A stretch of DNA of 64,000 nt from a virus (IMGVR_UViG_3300046492_000458:1645-65644), one strand, 5' to 3'. Positions 44,947-55,073 are shown, counted from the stretch's first letter. Notes: generated by a model not told the origin, from the letters alone. Numbers and translations are program-made.

Positions 44947-45282
44947 GCGTGGGGGCTGTGGCAGAACCCGACCCCGCTCATCCCCTCCGACCACCTCACC
45001 CAGACGTTGGCCGTCCTCGAGCGCTATGGCTGGGCCCGCTCCCTCGACTTCAGCCCCACCGGCCGGATGTGCATCCGCGGCGGTCAGACCCTCCTCGAGC
45101 ACACCGGACACGTCACCCCCGCCAACCGGGCCCGCGCCGTCGACTACATGCAGCAAACCCTCCGCGAACACGGCGTCCACGAACCGTTCTTCGCCTGGAA
45201 CGACCACACCGGCCGCACATTCCCGCAGGTCAAGCACCTCATCACCGCATCCGCCCACGCCGCACGAAAGAACGGAGAATAA
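44755..45282 (+). CDS. DUF6197-like protein (start may be 44677)
   Basis: LAVLERYGW....GRMCIRGG...FAWND..GRTF.QV..LI. Confidence 0.7.
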   Translation: MATTDWHTPSTQEPRLADPAGVPTRVRPTPAGSRPLATPVLPVAPDWPSRWHLLVPRGVRNLAEAWGLWQNPTPLIPSDHLTQTLAVLERYGWARSLDFSPTGRMCIRGGQTLLEHTGHVTPANRARAVDYMQQTLREHGVHEPFFAWNDHTGRTFPQVKHLITASAHAARKNGE

Positions 45283-45285
45283 GCC

Positions 45286-45864
45286 GTGACTCCCGAGGAA
45301 TTCGACCAGGAATTCGGCCCCGAATTCACCCCGCAGCCCACCATCGATCCCACCCCATACGGCTTTTCCCCGCACGCCGTAAAGCCCGTGAAGACCGGTC
45401 TCACGCCGCGCGGAAAGGTTGCCCTCGCTATCAGCGCGGCCGCGATCGCCACGGGCGGCATCGTTGGTTACCAGGTGTATTCGGCAGACCAGGCCCAGAG
45501 TGAAGCCAAGGCGCAGGAAATCGCCTACAAGAAAGACCTTCTCGAGCTGGAAAAGCTGAAGGTGCAGAGCCAGGTCAACAAGACCCAGGACAGTGCTACC
45601 AGCGTCCGGCAGAAGCAGGTCGATGCCTGCGTCGCGAACAGCAAGGACCTCGTCGGCAAGTCCCTGAACAGCAGCTACCGGGACATCGTGGAGGCCTGTC
45701 AGGCCCAGTACACGGGCAGCGGCAGCGACGCCGACATGCAGACCGCGGCGTCCTCACATGCCACCTCGGGCGGCGTCAACAGCGGGGTCTTCCTCGTGGG
45801 AGGCGTCTTCGTCGTCGGCCTCGTCGTCCTCGTCAGGAAGGGCACCAGGAGCAACGCAGCGTAG
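45286..45864 (+). CDS. Membrane protein of the transfer region (2 TM)
   Basis: N- and C-terminal hydrophobic helices, coiled centre, Cys pair. Confidence 0.75.
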   Translation: MTPEEFDQEFGPEFTPQPTIDPTPYGFSPHAVKPVKTGLTPRGKVALAISAAAIATGGIVGYQVYSADQAQSEAKAQEIAYKKDLLELEKLKVQSQVNKTQDSATSVRQKQVDACVANSKDLVGKSLNSSYRDIVEACQAQYTGSGSDADMQTAASSHATSGGVNSGVFLVGGVFVVGLVVLVRKGTRSNAA

Positions 45865-45982
45865 TTACTCCCGCCGACCCTTCCGACGGAAAACAGCAAG
45901 ATCCCCCCACGCCAGAACCTCATGATCGGTCTTCCTTCTGGCGGGGGGCGTCCGGGAGGAACTACCCACAGTAAGGATTGAG

Positions 45983-47749
45983 ATGGCAAGCGACACCGCG
46001 CCGGCAGCCGTCCCCGACCCGATCGGCCAGCCCGCGACCGACACCTCAACCGGCCCGGCCACCGGGCCGGTTACCGGCCTGCTCGCCCCCATCGAACCCG
46101 CCCGGCCCACCTCTGCGGCCTTCAACCTGGACCCGTCCGCCGTCGCCCCCGACGCCGCCGGAAGCGTCGATCAGGCCCCCGCCAGCGCCTCCAGCTCCAC
46201 CTACCAGAACGACACCGACATCACGGGCGCCAAGGACGGAAAGAACAGCAGCAACAAGCAGCAGACCGGAGTGATGCGCGCATTTGCACTGGCTGCTATC
46301 GAGCGGTGGAAGAAAGGCGCCGACGCACGCAACAAACGCCTCGACATTCAGAAGGCGAAAGCAAGTGCACACCAGACGAAGGAATCCCGCACCGTCAACC
46401 GGTCCGAAAAGTTTGCGGGCGGGTCCACGAATTCCGGCACGGCGTCCGGTAAGTCGCTGGATTCCAAGACGCACAAGGGTGCGGGCGGCTCCGGAAACGG
46501 CGGATCGAAGAACGGTTCGCAGAAGAACGGCGGGTCGAAGAACAGCAGCTCAGGCAACGGTTCGGGGGGCGGTTCCCGGTCTGGCGGACGTTCCGGCAGT
46601 GGTGGCGCGTCGGGATCGGGAGGGTCCGCCGGTGGCCGCGGCTCGAGCGGAGCGTCCGGCCGCGGCGCCGCTGGGAACAGCAACAGCGGAACCTCCCCCA
46701 AGACTTCGAAGACCGACTTCAAAGGCCACAGCGGGTCCTCCCAGAACGGCACCGACAGCAAGAAGAACGGCCGCAAGGACGCGGCTGGCACCAAGACGGA
46801 CACGGCGACCTGCGGCGACTCCTCCGGGATCAGCCTGACCAAGGACAAGAAGAGCAAGAACCGCGACAACAAGTCCGACGCCCGGAAGAACGGTCGTACC
46901 GACACCACGGACGCCAAGGGCAGCAGCAAGGACACCACGTCCGGCAGGACCAGCAACGGCAAGGGCGCGGACGCGGTCGGGTCTTCCGCCAAGCCGTCCA
47001 ACGCCGGCGACACCAAGACCGGCAAGACCCGAAAGAGCAGCAAGGACAGCAACCCGGCCGCCAGCGGCACGCCGATCAACACCCAGCCGTCCCGCGAAGC
47101 CGGATACCGCGACGGATCCCGCACCGCCAAGGCCACCGCCCACGTCAAGGCCTACCGCGACGGCTTCAAAGACGGCCACCACGACACCAGCAAAGCCGCC
47201 GAACGAGAGAAGCAGCGTCTCGACGAGGCGCACGAGGCACGCAAGCAGCAGCGAGCAAAGGACCAGCCCGTGACCGCCTCCAGCGCCGACCACCAGCCCC
47301 AAGGCCCCCAGCCCATCGACGTCAAAGAGGTCACCGACACCCACGTCACCCTCGACAGCGGGAAGACCTACACCCGCGGCGAGGTCCGCAACCTCAAGCA
47401 GTACGAACGCCGCATGGCCGTGAAGGCCACCAACATGGGCAAGGCCGCCGAAGGCACCCGCCAGCTCGAGGCCCACGCCGAACAGCAAGCCGACAAGGCC
47501 TTCAAGTTCCTCGAGATGGCCAAGACCGTCGAAGGCGGCGACCGGTTCGTCGGCATCCTCACCCGCCTCCACGAGGCCGCCACCATCCAGATCCGCGAAG
47601 CCCAGGAACTCCACAAGCGAGTCGTCCGCGCAGCTGAGAACACCCGCGTCGTCCTCGTCAACGTCGAGATCCGTTACGGCGGGATCTACAAGGCCGTCTG
47701 CGAAAGCCCCCTGACCAAGCCCGCCGAACTCAACTGGTACAGGAAGTAG
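45983..47749 (+). CDS. Transfer-region protein with G/S/K low-complexity centre and helical C-terminus
   Basis: AAGGA RBS; 588-aa ORF in operon with traB. Confidence 0.75.
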   Translation: MASDTAPAAVPDPIGQPATDTSTGPATGPVTGLLAPIEPARPTSAAFNLDPSAVAPDAAGSVDQAPASASSSTYQNDTDITGAKDGKNSSNKQQTGVMRAFALAAIERWKKGADARNKRLDIQKAKASAHQTKESRTVNRSEKFAGGSTNSGTASGKSLDSKTHKGAGGSGNGGSKNGSQKNGGSKNSSSGNGSGGGSRSGGRSGSGGASGSGGSAGGRGSSGASGRGAAGNSNSGTSPKTSKTDFKGHSGSSQNGTDSKKNGRKDAAGTKTDTATCGDSSGISLTKDKKSKNRDNKSDARKNGRTDTTDAKGSSKDTTSGRTSNGKGADAVGSSAKPSNAGDTKTGKTRKSSKDSNPAASGTPINTQPSREAGYRDGSRTAKATAHVKAYRDGFKDGHHDTSKAAEREKQRLDEAHEARKQQRAKDQPVTASSADHQPQGPQPIDVKEVTDTHVTLDSGKTYTRGEVRNLKQYERRMAVKATNMGKAAEGTRQLEAHAEQQADKAFKFLEMAKTVEGGDRFVGILTRLHEAATIQIREAQELHKRVVRAAENTRVVLVNVEIRYGGIYKAVCESPLTKPAELNWYRK

Positions 47750-47754
47750 CCCCC

Positions 47755-48135
47755 ATGGCAGACACCCGCTACGAACAGTTCCTCCGGCTCGTCACCGACT
47801 TCGGCAACGAGATCATGGCCGACGCCGAAGCCCTCCGCGGCTGGTCCCAGTTCATCGACGGCGAATCCCGCGACACCGCCCACGTCGCCGACATGATCTC
47901 CGCGAAGCGCGTCGACAAGGACACCGTCGGCGAAACCCAGGAACTCGCGAAGATCATGCTCGGGGTGTCCGAGCAGGCCATCCAATACGCCTCCGCCGGG
48001 GACACCACCACCCGCCTCGCCCGAGCCAGCCACGACGAAGCCGTCAACAGCCACCAGGCCATCAGCGAGCAGGTCAACGCCTCACCCGCAGTCGGCATCC
48101 ACGACGTCGACAACGACTGGCTCACCCAGGAATAG
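47755..48135 (+). CDS. Small helical transfer-region protein
   Basis: AGGA RBS; directly upstream of traB. Confidence 0.75.
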   Translation: MADTRYEQFLRLVTDFGNEIMADAEALRGWSQFIDGESRDTAHVADMISAKRVDKDTVGETQELAKIMLGVSEQAIQYASAGDTTTRLARASHDEAVNSHQAISEQVNASPAVGIHDVDNDWLTQE

Positions 48136-48184
48136 CCCCGCTACGCCCGCCCCCGAACCCGCCGCACCCTCGAAGGAATCCCCG

Positions 48185-50476
48185 ATGAGCATCAACGCGA
48201 ACACCACCAGCCAGCCCGCCGCCAGCACCACAGAACGCCGTATCGCCAGCATCACCAGCGCCGCCCCCATCGTCATCGGCATGGGCTCCCCCTTCCTCGA
48301 CGGCAGCGCCGCCTTCCTCACCACACTCGCCTACGGCAGCGTTGCCGCCCTCACCACCGCCAACTACATGAACCGGCTCCCACCCGGCCTGCAGAACCAT
48401 CTCCCGGCCGCCGACATCCTCCGCGCCCACCGCACCCCCCTGGCCATCTCCACCCTCACCAGCGGCATGGCACTCGCCCTCGGCGTCCTCCAGGGCCCCG
48501 ATGGCGCCGACGCCCTCCTGGCCGGCTTCCTGACCCCGCTCAGCGTGCCAGGCATCGTCTCCCTCGGCTGGTGGGCCGCCGTCGGCTTCGTCCCCCTCAA
48601 ACTCCGCAAGGTCCTCGGCCGCGTCCGCATCCCCAAGCAGCCTGCTCCCGCGGCCGATGCACCCAGCCCCACACCCGAACCCCTCACCCCCGCAGAGCAG
48701 ATCGCCTACCGCTGGCACCAGATCGTCTCCAACCGGGAAACCGGCACCCACAGGGGCCAGAACATCGAGATCCGCACCCTGTCCACGATGCGCTGGCAAG
48801 GCACCATCACCGCCCCCGCAGGCCAGTCCGTCACCGTCACCGCCGACACCGTCTCCAGCGCCTACCAGTCCACCCCCTACCAGGTCCGCGCCGCCTGGAT
48901 CCGCTTCGAGGACGGCGCCCACTCCGGCGAACGCCACATCACCGTCAACCTGGTCCCGCCCCTCGAACTCGACACCAACACCCTCCAAGGCGCCTGGCGC
49001 AAGTGGGCCGCACGCTCCGGCGGCGTCATGGCCGGCACCCACCTCGAAGACGTCCAGACCGACCCCAACACCGGCGGCGAAGTCGCCCACGTCACCGCAG
49101 GAGAGAACCTCGACAAGCTGCCCGTCCCCGACCGGGCCGCCCTCGCCGGCGCCCTCCGTACCAACACCCTCCTCTGCTCCTACGCCCCCGTCCCCGGAGA
49201 CCCCCGCCGCGGCATCATCCGCCTGATGAAGCACAACCCCCTCAAGAAGGGCGTCCCGTTCCCCGGCACCCACGTCCTGAAGATCTCCAAGGGCGGCTAC
49301 GTCCAGATCGGCCAGCACGTCTCCGGATTCCCCGCCCGCATCCAGTTCGTCGACCCCAAACTGGGCGCCAAGCACCTCTTCATCGCCGGGGTCACCGGAT
49401 CCGGCAAGGGCGGCCTCATCCAGATCGTCGCCCTCGCCGACCACGTCAACGGCCACGCCATCATCTACGCCGACCCCAAGGGCTCCTCCAACCCAGACGT
49501 CGAAGAGATGGCCTGCTACCCCGGCCTCGGCGAAGACGGCTGCATGGGAGCCCTGCGCGTCGCCTACGCCCTGCTGCAGTGGCGGATCGAAGAGTCCGCG
49601 CGGCTGAAGATGAAGAACTTCATCGCCACGCCCGAACGCCCCTGGGTCCGCGTCATCCTCGACGAAGCCCACGTCCCACTGTCCGAACTGGTCCAGTACC
49701 GCAAGGAAGCCCGGATCATCGTCGAAGCCCTGGCGGCCAAGGCCCGCTCGCTCGGCATCATCCTGACCGTCGTCAACCAGGCCGTGAACGCCGACAAGCT
49801 CGGCGGCTCCACCGCCTTGCGAACCAACGTCATCCAGGGCGGCTCCCTCGTCATGCTCCGCACCGACTCCGACCAGAGCAACCTCGTCACCACCGGCTTC
49901 GAAGGCGTCGACCCCGGCCAGATCCCCGCCGCCTGGGACGTCGACCGCCCGCTCATCTACGACGAGAGCATCGCCCTCCAGGACCCCGAATCCACCTTCG
50001 GCCTCGGCTACACCCTCGGCCCCGGCGGAGCCGCCGAAATGATGCGCGACTTCATCCTCGAGTCCGCCGCCCCCTACATCGACGAGACCGCCATCGCCTA
50101 CCCCGCCGACTGGCCCGACTGGGACAACCGGCACGAGATCGCCCAGACGTCCATCCTCGGCGACGACGAAGACGAGGGCATCGTCATGGAAAGCAGCACC
50201 GGCGGCAGCGCCACCCTGGCCGGCCCGCCGAAGGAACCCACCGCCGACGAGAAGATCCTCGCCGTCCTCCAGGACGCCGCCGACCCGATGGGCGAAGAGG
50301 TCATCTACACGCACAAGGACGACATCGAGAAGCTCGCCGCGCTCACCACCTCCACCCTTGAGAACCGGCTTTCACGGCTGGTCAAGGAGGGGCGAATCCA
50401 CCGCATGCCCGGCAGCGGCCAGGCCGTCCGCGGTAAGTACGGCCTCGGCCCCACCCCGAACGACGCCGCCGCCTGA
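48185..50476 (+). CDS. traB: TraB-like FtsK/SpoIIIE conjugative DNA translocase
   Basis: N-terminal TM helices; Walker A GVTGSGKG; Walker B VILDEAH; C-terminal wHTH (STLENRLSRLVKEGRI...RGKY). Confidence 0.82.
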   Translation: MSINANTTSQPAASTTERRIASITSAAPIVIGMGSPFLDGSAAFLTTLAYGSVAALTTANYMNRLPPGLQNHLPAADILRAHRTPLAISTLTSGMALALGVLQGPDGADALLAGFLTPLSVPGIVSLGWWAAVGFVPLKLRKVLGRVRIPKQPAPAADAPSPTPEPLTPAEQIAYRWHQIVSNRETGTHRGQNIEIRTLSTMRWQGTITAPAGQSVTVTADTVSSAYQSTPYQVRAAWIRFEDGAHSGERHITVNLVPPLELDTNTLQGAWRKWAARSGGVMAGTHLEDVQTDPNTGGEVAHVTAGENLDKLPVPDRAALAGALRTNTLLCSYAPVPGDPRRGIIRLMKHNPLKKGVPFPGTHVLKISKGGYVQIGQHVSGFPARIQFVDPKLGAKHLFIAGVTGSGKGGLIQIVALADHVNGHAIIYADPKGSSNPDVEEMACYPGLGEDGCMGALRVAYALLQWRIEESARLKMKNFIATPERPWVRVILDEAHVPLSELVQYRKEARIIVEALAAKARSLGIILTVVNQAVNADKLGGSTALRTNVIQGGSLVMLRTDSDQSNLVTTGFEGVDPGQIPAAWDVDRPLIYDESIALQDPESTFGLGYTLGPGGAAEMMRDFILESAAPYIDETAIAYPADWPDWDNRHEIAQTSILGDDEDEGIVMESSTGGSATLAGPPKEPTADEKILAVLQDAADPMGEEVIYTHKDDIEKLAALTTSTLENRLSRLVKEGRIHRMPGSGQAVRGKYGLGPTPNDAAA

Positions 50477-50800
50477 CCGGCCCGGGGGGAAGCGCCTCAG
50501 ACAAACCCCCGCCCGTACGCCACCATCAGAACTGCACGGCCCGGAGCTCCGGAAGCGTCCCCCCGCCCCAAGCACCGCAAGCCGCGCAACACCCAGCTCG
50601 GACCAGCCCACCCCAGGCCCCCGAGCACAACGGCCCCGCCAGTCATCCCCAGACCGGCGGGGCCGACCCATACCCGCACACGGGACCGCCCGGGGGGAAG
50701 GCAGCTCAGACAAACCCCCCAACCTGCGACAGCATCAACACCAAGCCGAAGTGCTCCGGCCGCGTCCGCCCCAAGCACCCAGGCACACCACGGCCCCGCC
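50475..50800 (+). repeat. Imperfect tandem duplication downstream of traB, period about 209 bp
   Basis: GACCG(G)CCCGGGGGGAAG..CTCAGACAAACCCCC at 50475 and 50684; GCTCCGG, CCCCAAGCACC and ACGGCCCCGCC recur in the same order. Confidence 0.65.
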
Positions 50801-50851
50801 CGCCCAACTTCCCCGGGCAGCGGGGCCGGCCCGCAGACGAGGGAGCCGAAC

Positions 50852-51559
50852 GTGCACGACCAGCCCACCGCGCTCGAGGAATACGACTGGCCGACCTGCA
50901 GCACTCCCCAATGCGGGCGGCAACTCTGGATCACCGAAACCGGACGCCAGGCCTGCCGCCCCTGCGAAGACGCCACCAGCCGCCGCATCACCGAACTCCC
51001 CGCCCTGTTCCGGCAGCTCAACACCACAGCCGCCCTCATGCGCGGCGCCAGCCGGATAGGCGGCGGCAACTCCGGCAGCAAAACCCCGCCCATCCCGCCC
51101 CGGCTCGAAGTTCTCGCCCTCGTCGGCCCCGGCGGCGTCGCAGCCCGACTCCGGGACATCGAGGACTCGTGGCGCAACGCGCTCGACTGGCCCATCGCTC
51201 CGTGGCGCGGCAGCCCGGCGCAGGCCGTCCCCGCCCACGCCAAGTTCCTTGCCGACAACCTGCTGTGGGCATGCGGGTCCTACGAATCCGTCGGCCAGGA
51301 CATCGACGACCTCCGTAAACTCCACGGCGAATGCACCGCCATCGTCAACAACGAACGCCGACCCGGACGCGTCGCCATCGGCCTATGCCCCACCCGCACC
51401 AACGACACCCTCTGCGGACAGCCACTCACCGCCACAGCCGCCTCCCACCGCGTCCGATGCGGCACCTGCGGAAGCCGCTGGGAAACCCTCGGAGAGTGGC
51501 GCCAGCTTCGCACCGCACAAGAGCAAGTGCTCGCTGAAACGGCAGGAGTCGCGGCGTGA
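50852..51559 (+). CDS. Phage Zn-finger protein (possible late regulator)
   Basis: C....C...CRPC N-terminus; GLCP....CGQPL...VRCGTCGSRW. Confidence 0.75.
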   Translation: MHDQPTALEEYDWPTCSTPQCGRQLWITETGRQACRPCEDATSRRITELPALFRQLNTTAALMRGASRIGGGNSGSKTPPIPPRLEVLALVGPGGVAARLRDIEDSWRNALDWPIAPWRGSPAQAVPAHAKFLADNLLWACGSYESVGQDIDDLRKLHGECTAIVNNERRPGRVAIGLCPTRTNDTLCGQPLTATAASHRVRCGTCGSRWETLGEWRQLRTAQEQVLAETAGVAA

Positions 51560-51756
51560 CCGGCCGCTCCCTCCCGGTGCTGCAGCCCACACTCCGCATG
51601 TGGCAGATCCTCCGCCACTGCTACCGCGGCGAAGACCCCGTCGCCGTCCTCGGACGCGGCCTCGACATGCTCGCCCAAGCCGACGGCCACCTCCACCCCG
51701 GCGGCAGCATCAAAACCGGGATCGGCGGCAGGCCCACAGTCAGAAGGCAGCCGTGA
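51556..51756 (+). CDS. Small hypothetical protein
   Basis: AGGAG RBS; GTGA overlaps. Confidence 0.6.
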   Translation: MTGRSLPVLQPTLRMWQILRHCYRGEDPVAVLGRGLDMLAQADGHLHPGGSIKTGIGGRPTVRRQP

Positions 51757-52118
51757 GCGAGATCGCCGACTTCCTGCGGGCCCGGTACACGGAAGATGGC
51801 GCAGCGATCCGCGCCAACTGGAATGCCAGCGGCATCACTTCGCAGCGGTATCAGGGCACCCCTATCGACCCGACGCGGCTCCTTGCCGACCTCGACGCCA
51901 AGCTCGCCCTCATCGACGACCTGCTCGCCGAGGGCCATCAGACGGTCGATGACGAGTGGTACACCTGCCCCGCCGTCGTCGACCAGCAACTGGGTTTCGA
52001 GTCGGGACGTGGCGGCCCCTGTGGCTGCGGACGTGACAGGCGCGTCAACCGGCGACTCGCCATCCTTGCCCTGCCCTACGCCGGATACCCCGACTACCGG
52101 AACGAGTGGGCGCCGTGA
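51753..52118 (+). CDS. DUF6221 family protein
   Basis: IADFLRARY.ED, DPTRLLADLDAK, LALPYAGYPDYRNEWAP. Confidence 0.8.
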   Translation: MSEIADFLRARYTEDGAAIRANWNASGITSQRYQGTPIDPTRLLADLDAKLALIDDLLAEGHQTVDDEWYTCPAVVDQQLGFESGRGGPCGCGRDRRVNRRLAILALPYAGYPDYRNEWAP

Positions 52119-52253
52119 ACGAGCAGCCCAAAGCCGCCGCCGATCACCGATGAACACAGCGGCCGAGAGGTGCCCAGGAGAGACGGGCTTGACAGATCGC
52201 CCATCTGTAAGTCACATTCTTGATCGTGGCACACGAGTCACAACACGCTCCTT

Positions 52254-52290
52254 AAGCCCCCGCCGTGAACACACCGGTCGGGGGCTTTCT
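52254..52290 (+). terminator. Terminator/attenuator hairpin
   Basis: AAGCCCCCG...CGGGGGCTTTCT. Confidence 0.6.
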
Positions 52291-52309
52291 CGTACCACGA
52301 GGAGGTGAC

Positions 52310-52591
52310 GTGGTCGCCTACCCCAACCCAGACGGCATAGAAATCCACTTCGCCCAACTCGAAGGCAGCCGCGACCTCGGCGACCTCTGGGAAGCCGCCC
52401 GCACCGCAGGCGTAAAACCCGGCACCATCCGCGTCTGGATGACCAGAGGAAAGATCGAACCCGTCCTCGACGGCCCAGCCGGCCAGTACTTCCACCTCCC
52501 CACCATCCGGCAAGCAGCAGCAGGCGGCGCCAAACACCGCCCCGCCGACCCCGCCGCAAACAGCCGCGGACCCCACGCCCGCGCCGCCTGA
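52310..52591 (+). CDS. MerR-like HTH protein
   Basis: EAARTAGVKPGTIRVWMTRGKI; GAGGAGG RBS. Confidence 0.75.
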   Translation: MVAYPNPDGIEIHFAQLEGSRDLGDLWEAARTAGVKPGTIRVWMTRGKIEPVLDGPAGQYFHLPTIRQAAAGGAKHRPADPAANSRGPHARAA

Positions 52592-52765
52592 TCTCCCTGC
52601 GGTGGGCGCCGCAGGGACGGGCCTCGAAGCGCACCGCGCTCGGCCCACGTCCGCCCGGCCCTTGGGAAGGGGACCGGGCGGACACAAACCCCGAACGTCC
52701 CGCCGCCCAATCGGACCCCCGCCGAGGGCGGCGGGACTCGCCAACACCCCCACACCAGGAGAACC

Positions 52766-53005
52766 GTGCGCCGCCCCCTCATCACCGCCCTGTTCGTCGC
52801 CGCGTTCCTCGTCGGACCCGTCGCCTGCACCCACGACAACCCCAGCCCCGCACCCAGCACCACGACGGCAACACCGAGCAAGCCGCCGAGCACGGCGCCA
52901 TCCACGACACTCCAGCCGACCCCGCCCGTGTCGCCTTCGCCCACGCCCACGCCGACCACTGCACCGAGCGCGCCGAACCCCACACCCAGCGCCACCACGC
53001 CATAG
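52766..53005 (+). CDS. Small Pro/Thr-rich lipoprotein
   Basis: Signal peptide ending PVAC lipobox; AGGAG RBS. Confidence 0.7.
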   Translation: MRRPLITALFVAAFLVGPVACTHDNPSPAPSTTTATPSKPPSTAPSTTLQPTPPVSPSPTPTPTTAPSAPNPTPSATTP

Positions 53006-53018
53006 ACCTGGGGGTGCC

Positions 53019-53843
53019 ATGCGCCGCATCCTCACAACCGCCGCACTCGCCGCCGGCCTCCTGCTCGCCAGCCTCACCGCACCCACCGCGGCCGGCAGCA
53101 CCCCGACCTGGCACCTACGCTTCACCGACGGATTCAACACCCCCGTCGCCAAGGGCCGTTTCACGGACTGCAATCACGCCGTGGACACCCCGAAGGCGTA
53201 CTGCGGCGGCCTCACCGGCACCGTCCGCGCCAGCTGGTGGGCGTACCCCGCGGGCTGGCCCGACACCGCCACCCAACGCCACTATCCGGTCGGCGGCTAC
53301 TACGACCCCGCCACCACCCTGTGGATCTCCGGTGGACAGCTCCACATCCGCATGTGGCGCGGCGCCTCCGGCCCCGTCCACTCCGCGACCGTCGTCCCCA
53401 AGGCCCTGATGGGCCAGCGGTACGGCCGGTACGAGGAACGATGGCGCGTCTCCAAGGCCGCGACCGGCTACAAGAGCGCGCACCTGCTCTGGCCCGTGAC
53501 GGACAGCGCCTGCCCCAACTGCGAAATCGACTTCCCCGAAGGTAACTGGACGGGCAGCGTCAACGGCTACGCCCACCACCTCAACAGCATCGGCGGCGAC
53601 CAGGACGCCTACGACGCCCGCGCAAAGTGGACCGACTGGCACACCACGGTGATCACCTGGCAGCCCGGCAGCGTCACCCTGGCCATCGACGGGCGCACGG
53701 CCGGCCACAGCACCACGGCCGTCCCCAACACCGCCATGAGCTGGGACATCCAGAACGAGACCGCCCTCGAAGGGCCAGCCCCGGCACCGAACACCAGCGC
53801 CCAGATGGACATCGAGTACGTTAAGGGCTGGTCGTGGAGCTGA
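53019..53843 (+). CDS. Secreted GH16-family glycoside hydrolase-like protein
   Basis: Signal peptide; FTDGFN, YGRYEER, catalytic EIDFPE, WHT. Confidence 0.82.
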   Translation: MRRILTTAALAAGLLLASLTAPTAAGSTPTWHLRFTDGFNTPVAKGRFTDCNHAVDTPKAYCGGLTGTVRASWWAYPAGWPDTATQRHYPVGGYYDPATTLWISGGQLHIRMWRGASGPVHSATVVPKALMGQRYGRYEERWRVSKAATGYKSAHLLWPVTDSACPNCEIDFPEGNWTGSVNGYAHHLNSIGGDQDAYDARAKWTDWHTTVITWQPGSVTLAIDGRTAGHSTTAVPNTAMSWDIQNETALEGPAPAPNTSAQMDIEYVKGWSWS

Positions 53844-53856
53844 CGTCGGAGGAAGC

Positions 53857-54042
53857 ATGACTACGCGCTATGTGCTGCTGCTGTGGCACCTGGACCGCTC
53901 CGGCATCCAGCAGGCTTTCGGGCCCTACGACAGCGAGGCTGAAGCCGAACGCGCTCGCGACGGACTCAAGACGTGGCCCGCACTCAACGCCGCCACAAAC
54001 GCCGACTGCTGGACCATTCAGCCCTGCACGGCAACAGCTTGA
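53857..54042 (+). CDS. Small hypothetical protein
   Basis: GGAGGA RBS; FGPYDSEAEAE. Confidence 0.62.
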   Translation: MTTRYVLLLWHLDRSGIQQAFGPYDSEAEAERARDGLKTWPALNAATNADCWTIQPCTATA

Positions 54043-54045
54043 CCG

Positions 54046-54549
54046 TCAGCCCAGCGACGCGGCGAACTTCCCCGCCTTCGCTTCAGCCGACGACACGGTG
54101 ACCTTCCCCCGGTGCGAGATCTCCACCTGGTAGAACTTCGAGCCCTCCGGGACACCCGGCACCTTCACGGCGAACACGCACGGAGCCGTCGAATCCTCGC
54201 TGGCGTATCGGCCAGCACCCAACGCGCCCGTACCGAGAACCTTCCCCTCAGCGTCGTACACCGTTACCCCGGCGCCCTGACGGATGTCGCCATAACCGTC
54301 CGACCCGCCGCACGCCTTGTGGTCGAAATCCAGCGCCGTCGGATCGGTCAACGTCATCGACCCCCGCAGCGTGAACGTCTTCGGCGCGCTCGATCCGCCG
54401 TCGGACAGGCCCCACACCAAACCCACGGCGCCCGCCCCAACGACAAGACCGGCAAGCCCGGTCACCAGCGGACGCGGCCAACGCCTCCCTGCAGCAGGCG
54501 GATTCTCGGGCAACGGCGGCACGGCAGGCGCATCGGTCAGCTCAGACAT
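54046..54549 (-). CDS. Membrane-anchored extracytoplasmic protein (moron-like)
   Basis: One TM helix; CGG.DGY.DI, C.F, FYQVEISHRG. Confidence 0.75.
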   Translation of the reverse strand: MSELTDAPAVPPLPENPPAAGRRWPRPLVTGLAGLVVGAGAVGLVWGLSDGGSSAPKTFTLRGSMTLTDPTALDFDHKACGGSDGYGDIRQGAGVTVYDAEGKVLGTGALGAGRYASEDSTAPCVFAVKVPGVPEGSKFYQVEISHRGKVTVSSAEAKAGKFAASLG

Positions 54550-54626
54550 GCCGCGAATGATGACAGCCCACACACAAGGCGTACACGCCAACGACCAGAT
54601 CGTGACCAGCGCGGAAGGAGTTGACG

Positions 54627-55073
54627 GTGCCGTCCATCGTCCAGAACATCGCCCTCGGCAAGGTCGCCTACTACGCGTCCCTCCCCGCCGCCAACGACGC
54701 CCTCATCGCCGTGCCCATCGAAACCGCAGGCATCGTCTCCGATGCAACCATGCGGGACTACCACGACCTGCAGACCCTCCTCGCCGGCGCGAGCAACGAG
54801 CAGACGACCATGGGCCGCAAGACTTTGTCGGGCGTGACCGTGACCGTCGACGACACCAACGACCGCGTGGCTGTCGACTCCGCAGACATCGTCTGGACAG
54901 GTGCAACGGGCAACCCGATCAGCGCGATCGTCATCTGCTACGTGCCCGACAACACCGCACCGAACGACGCGACAACGATCCCGCTGACGAAACACGATTT
55001 CGCTTTGACCCCCGACGGCAGCGATATCGCAGCAACTGTTGCGGACTTCTACCGCGCCAACAGCGCCGCCTGA
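54627..55073 (+). CDS. Putative virion structural protein
   Basis: GGAAGGAG RBS; beta-rich, T/A/D-rich; TPDGSDI motif. Confidence 0.6.
   Translation: MPSIVQNIALGKVAYYASLPAANDALIAVPIETAGIVSDATMRDYHDLQTLLAGASNEQTTMGRKTLSGVTVTVDDTNDRVAVDSADIVWTGATGNPISAIVICYVPDNTAPNDATTIPLTKHDFALTPDGSDIAATVADFYRANSAA

Noticed and set aside
46480-47060. Repetitive G/S/K/N-coding DNA as an array
   Set aside because: In-frame low-complexity linker with no fixed-period repeat or spacer structure.
48122-50314. Long antisense ORFs (730 aa here; also 42950-44644 and 58968-60956)
   Set aside because: Shadow frames of GC3-biased real genes, with no motifs or RBS.
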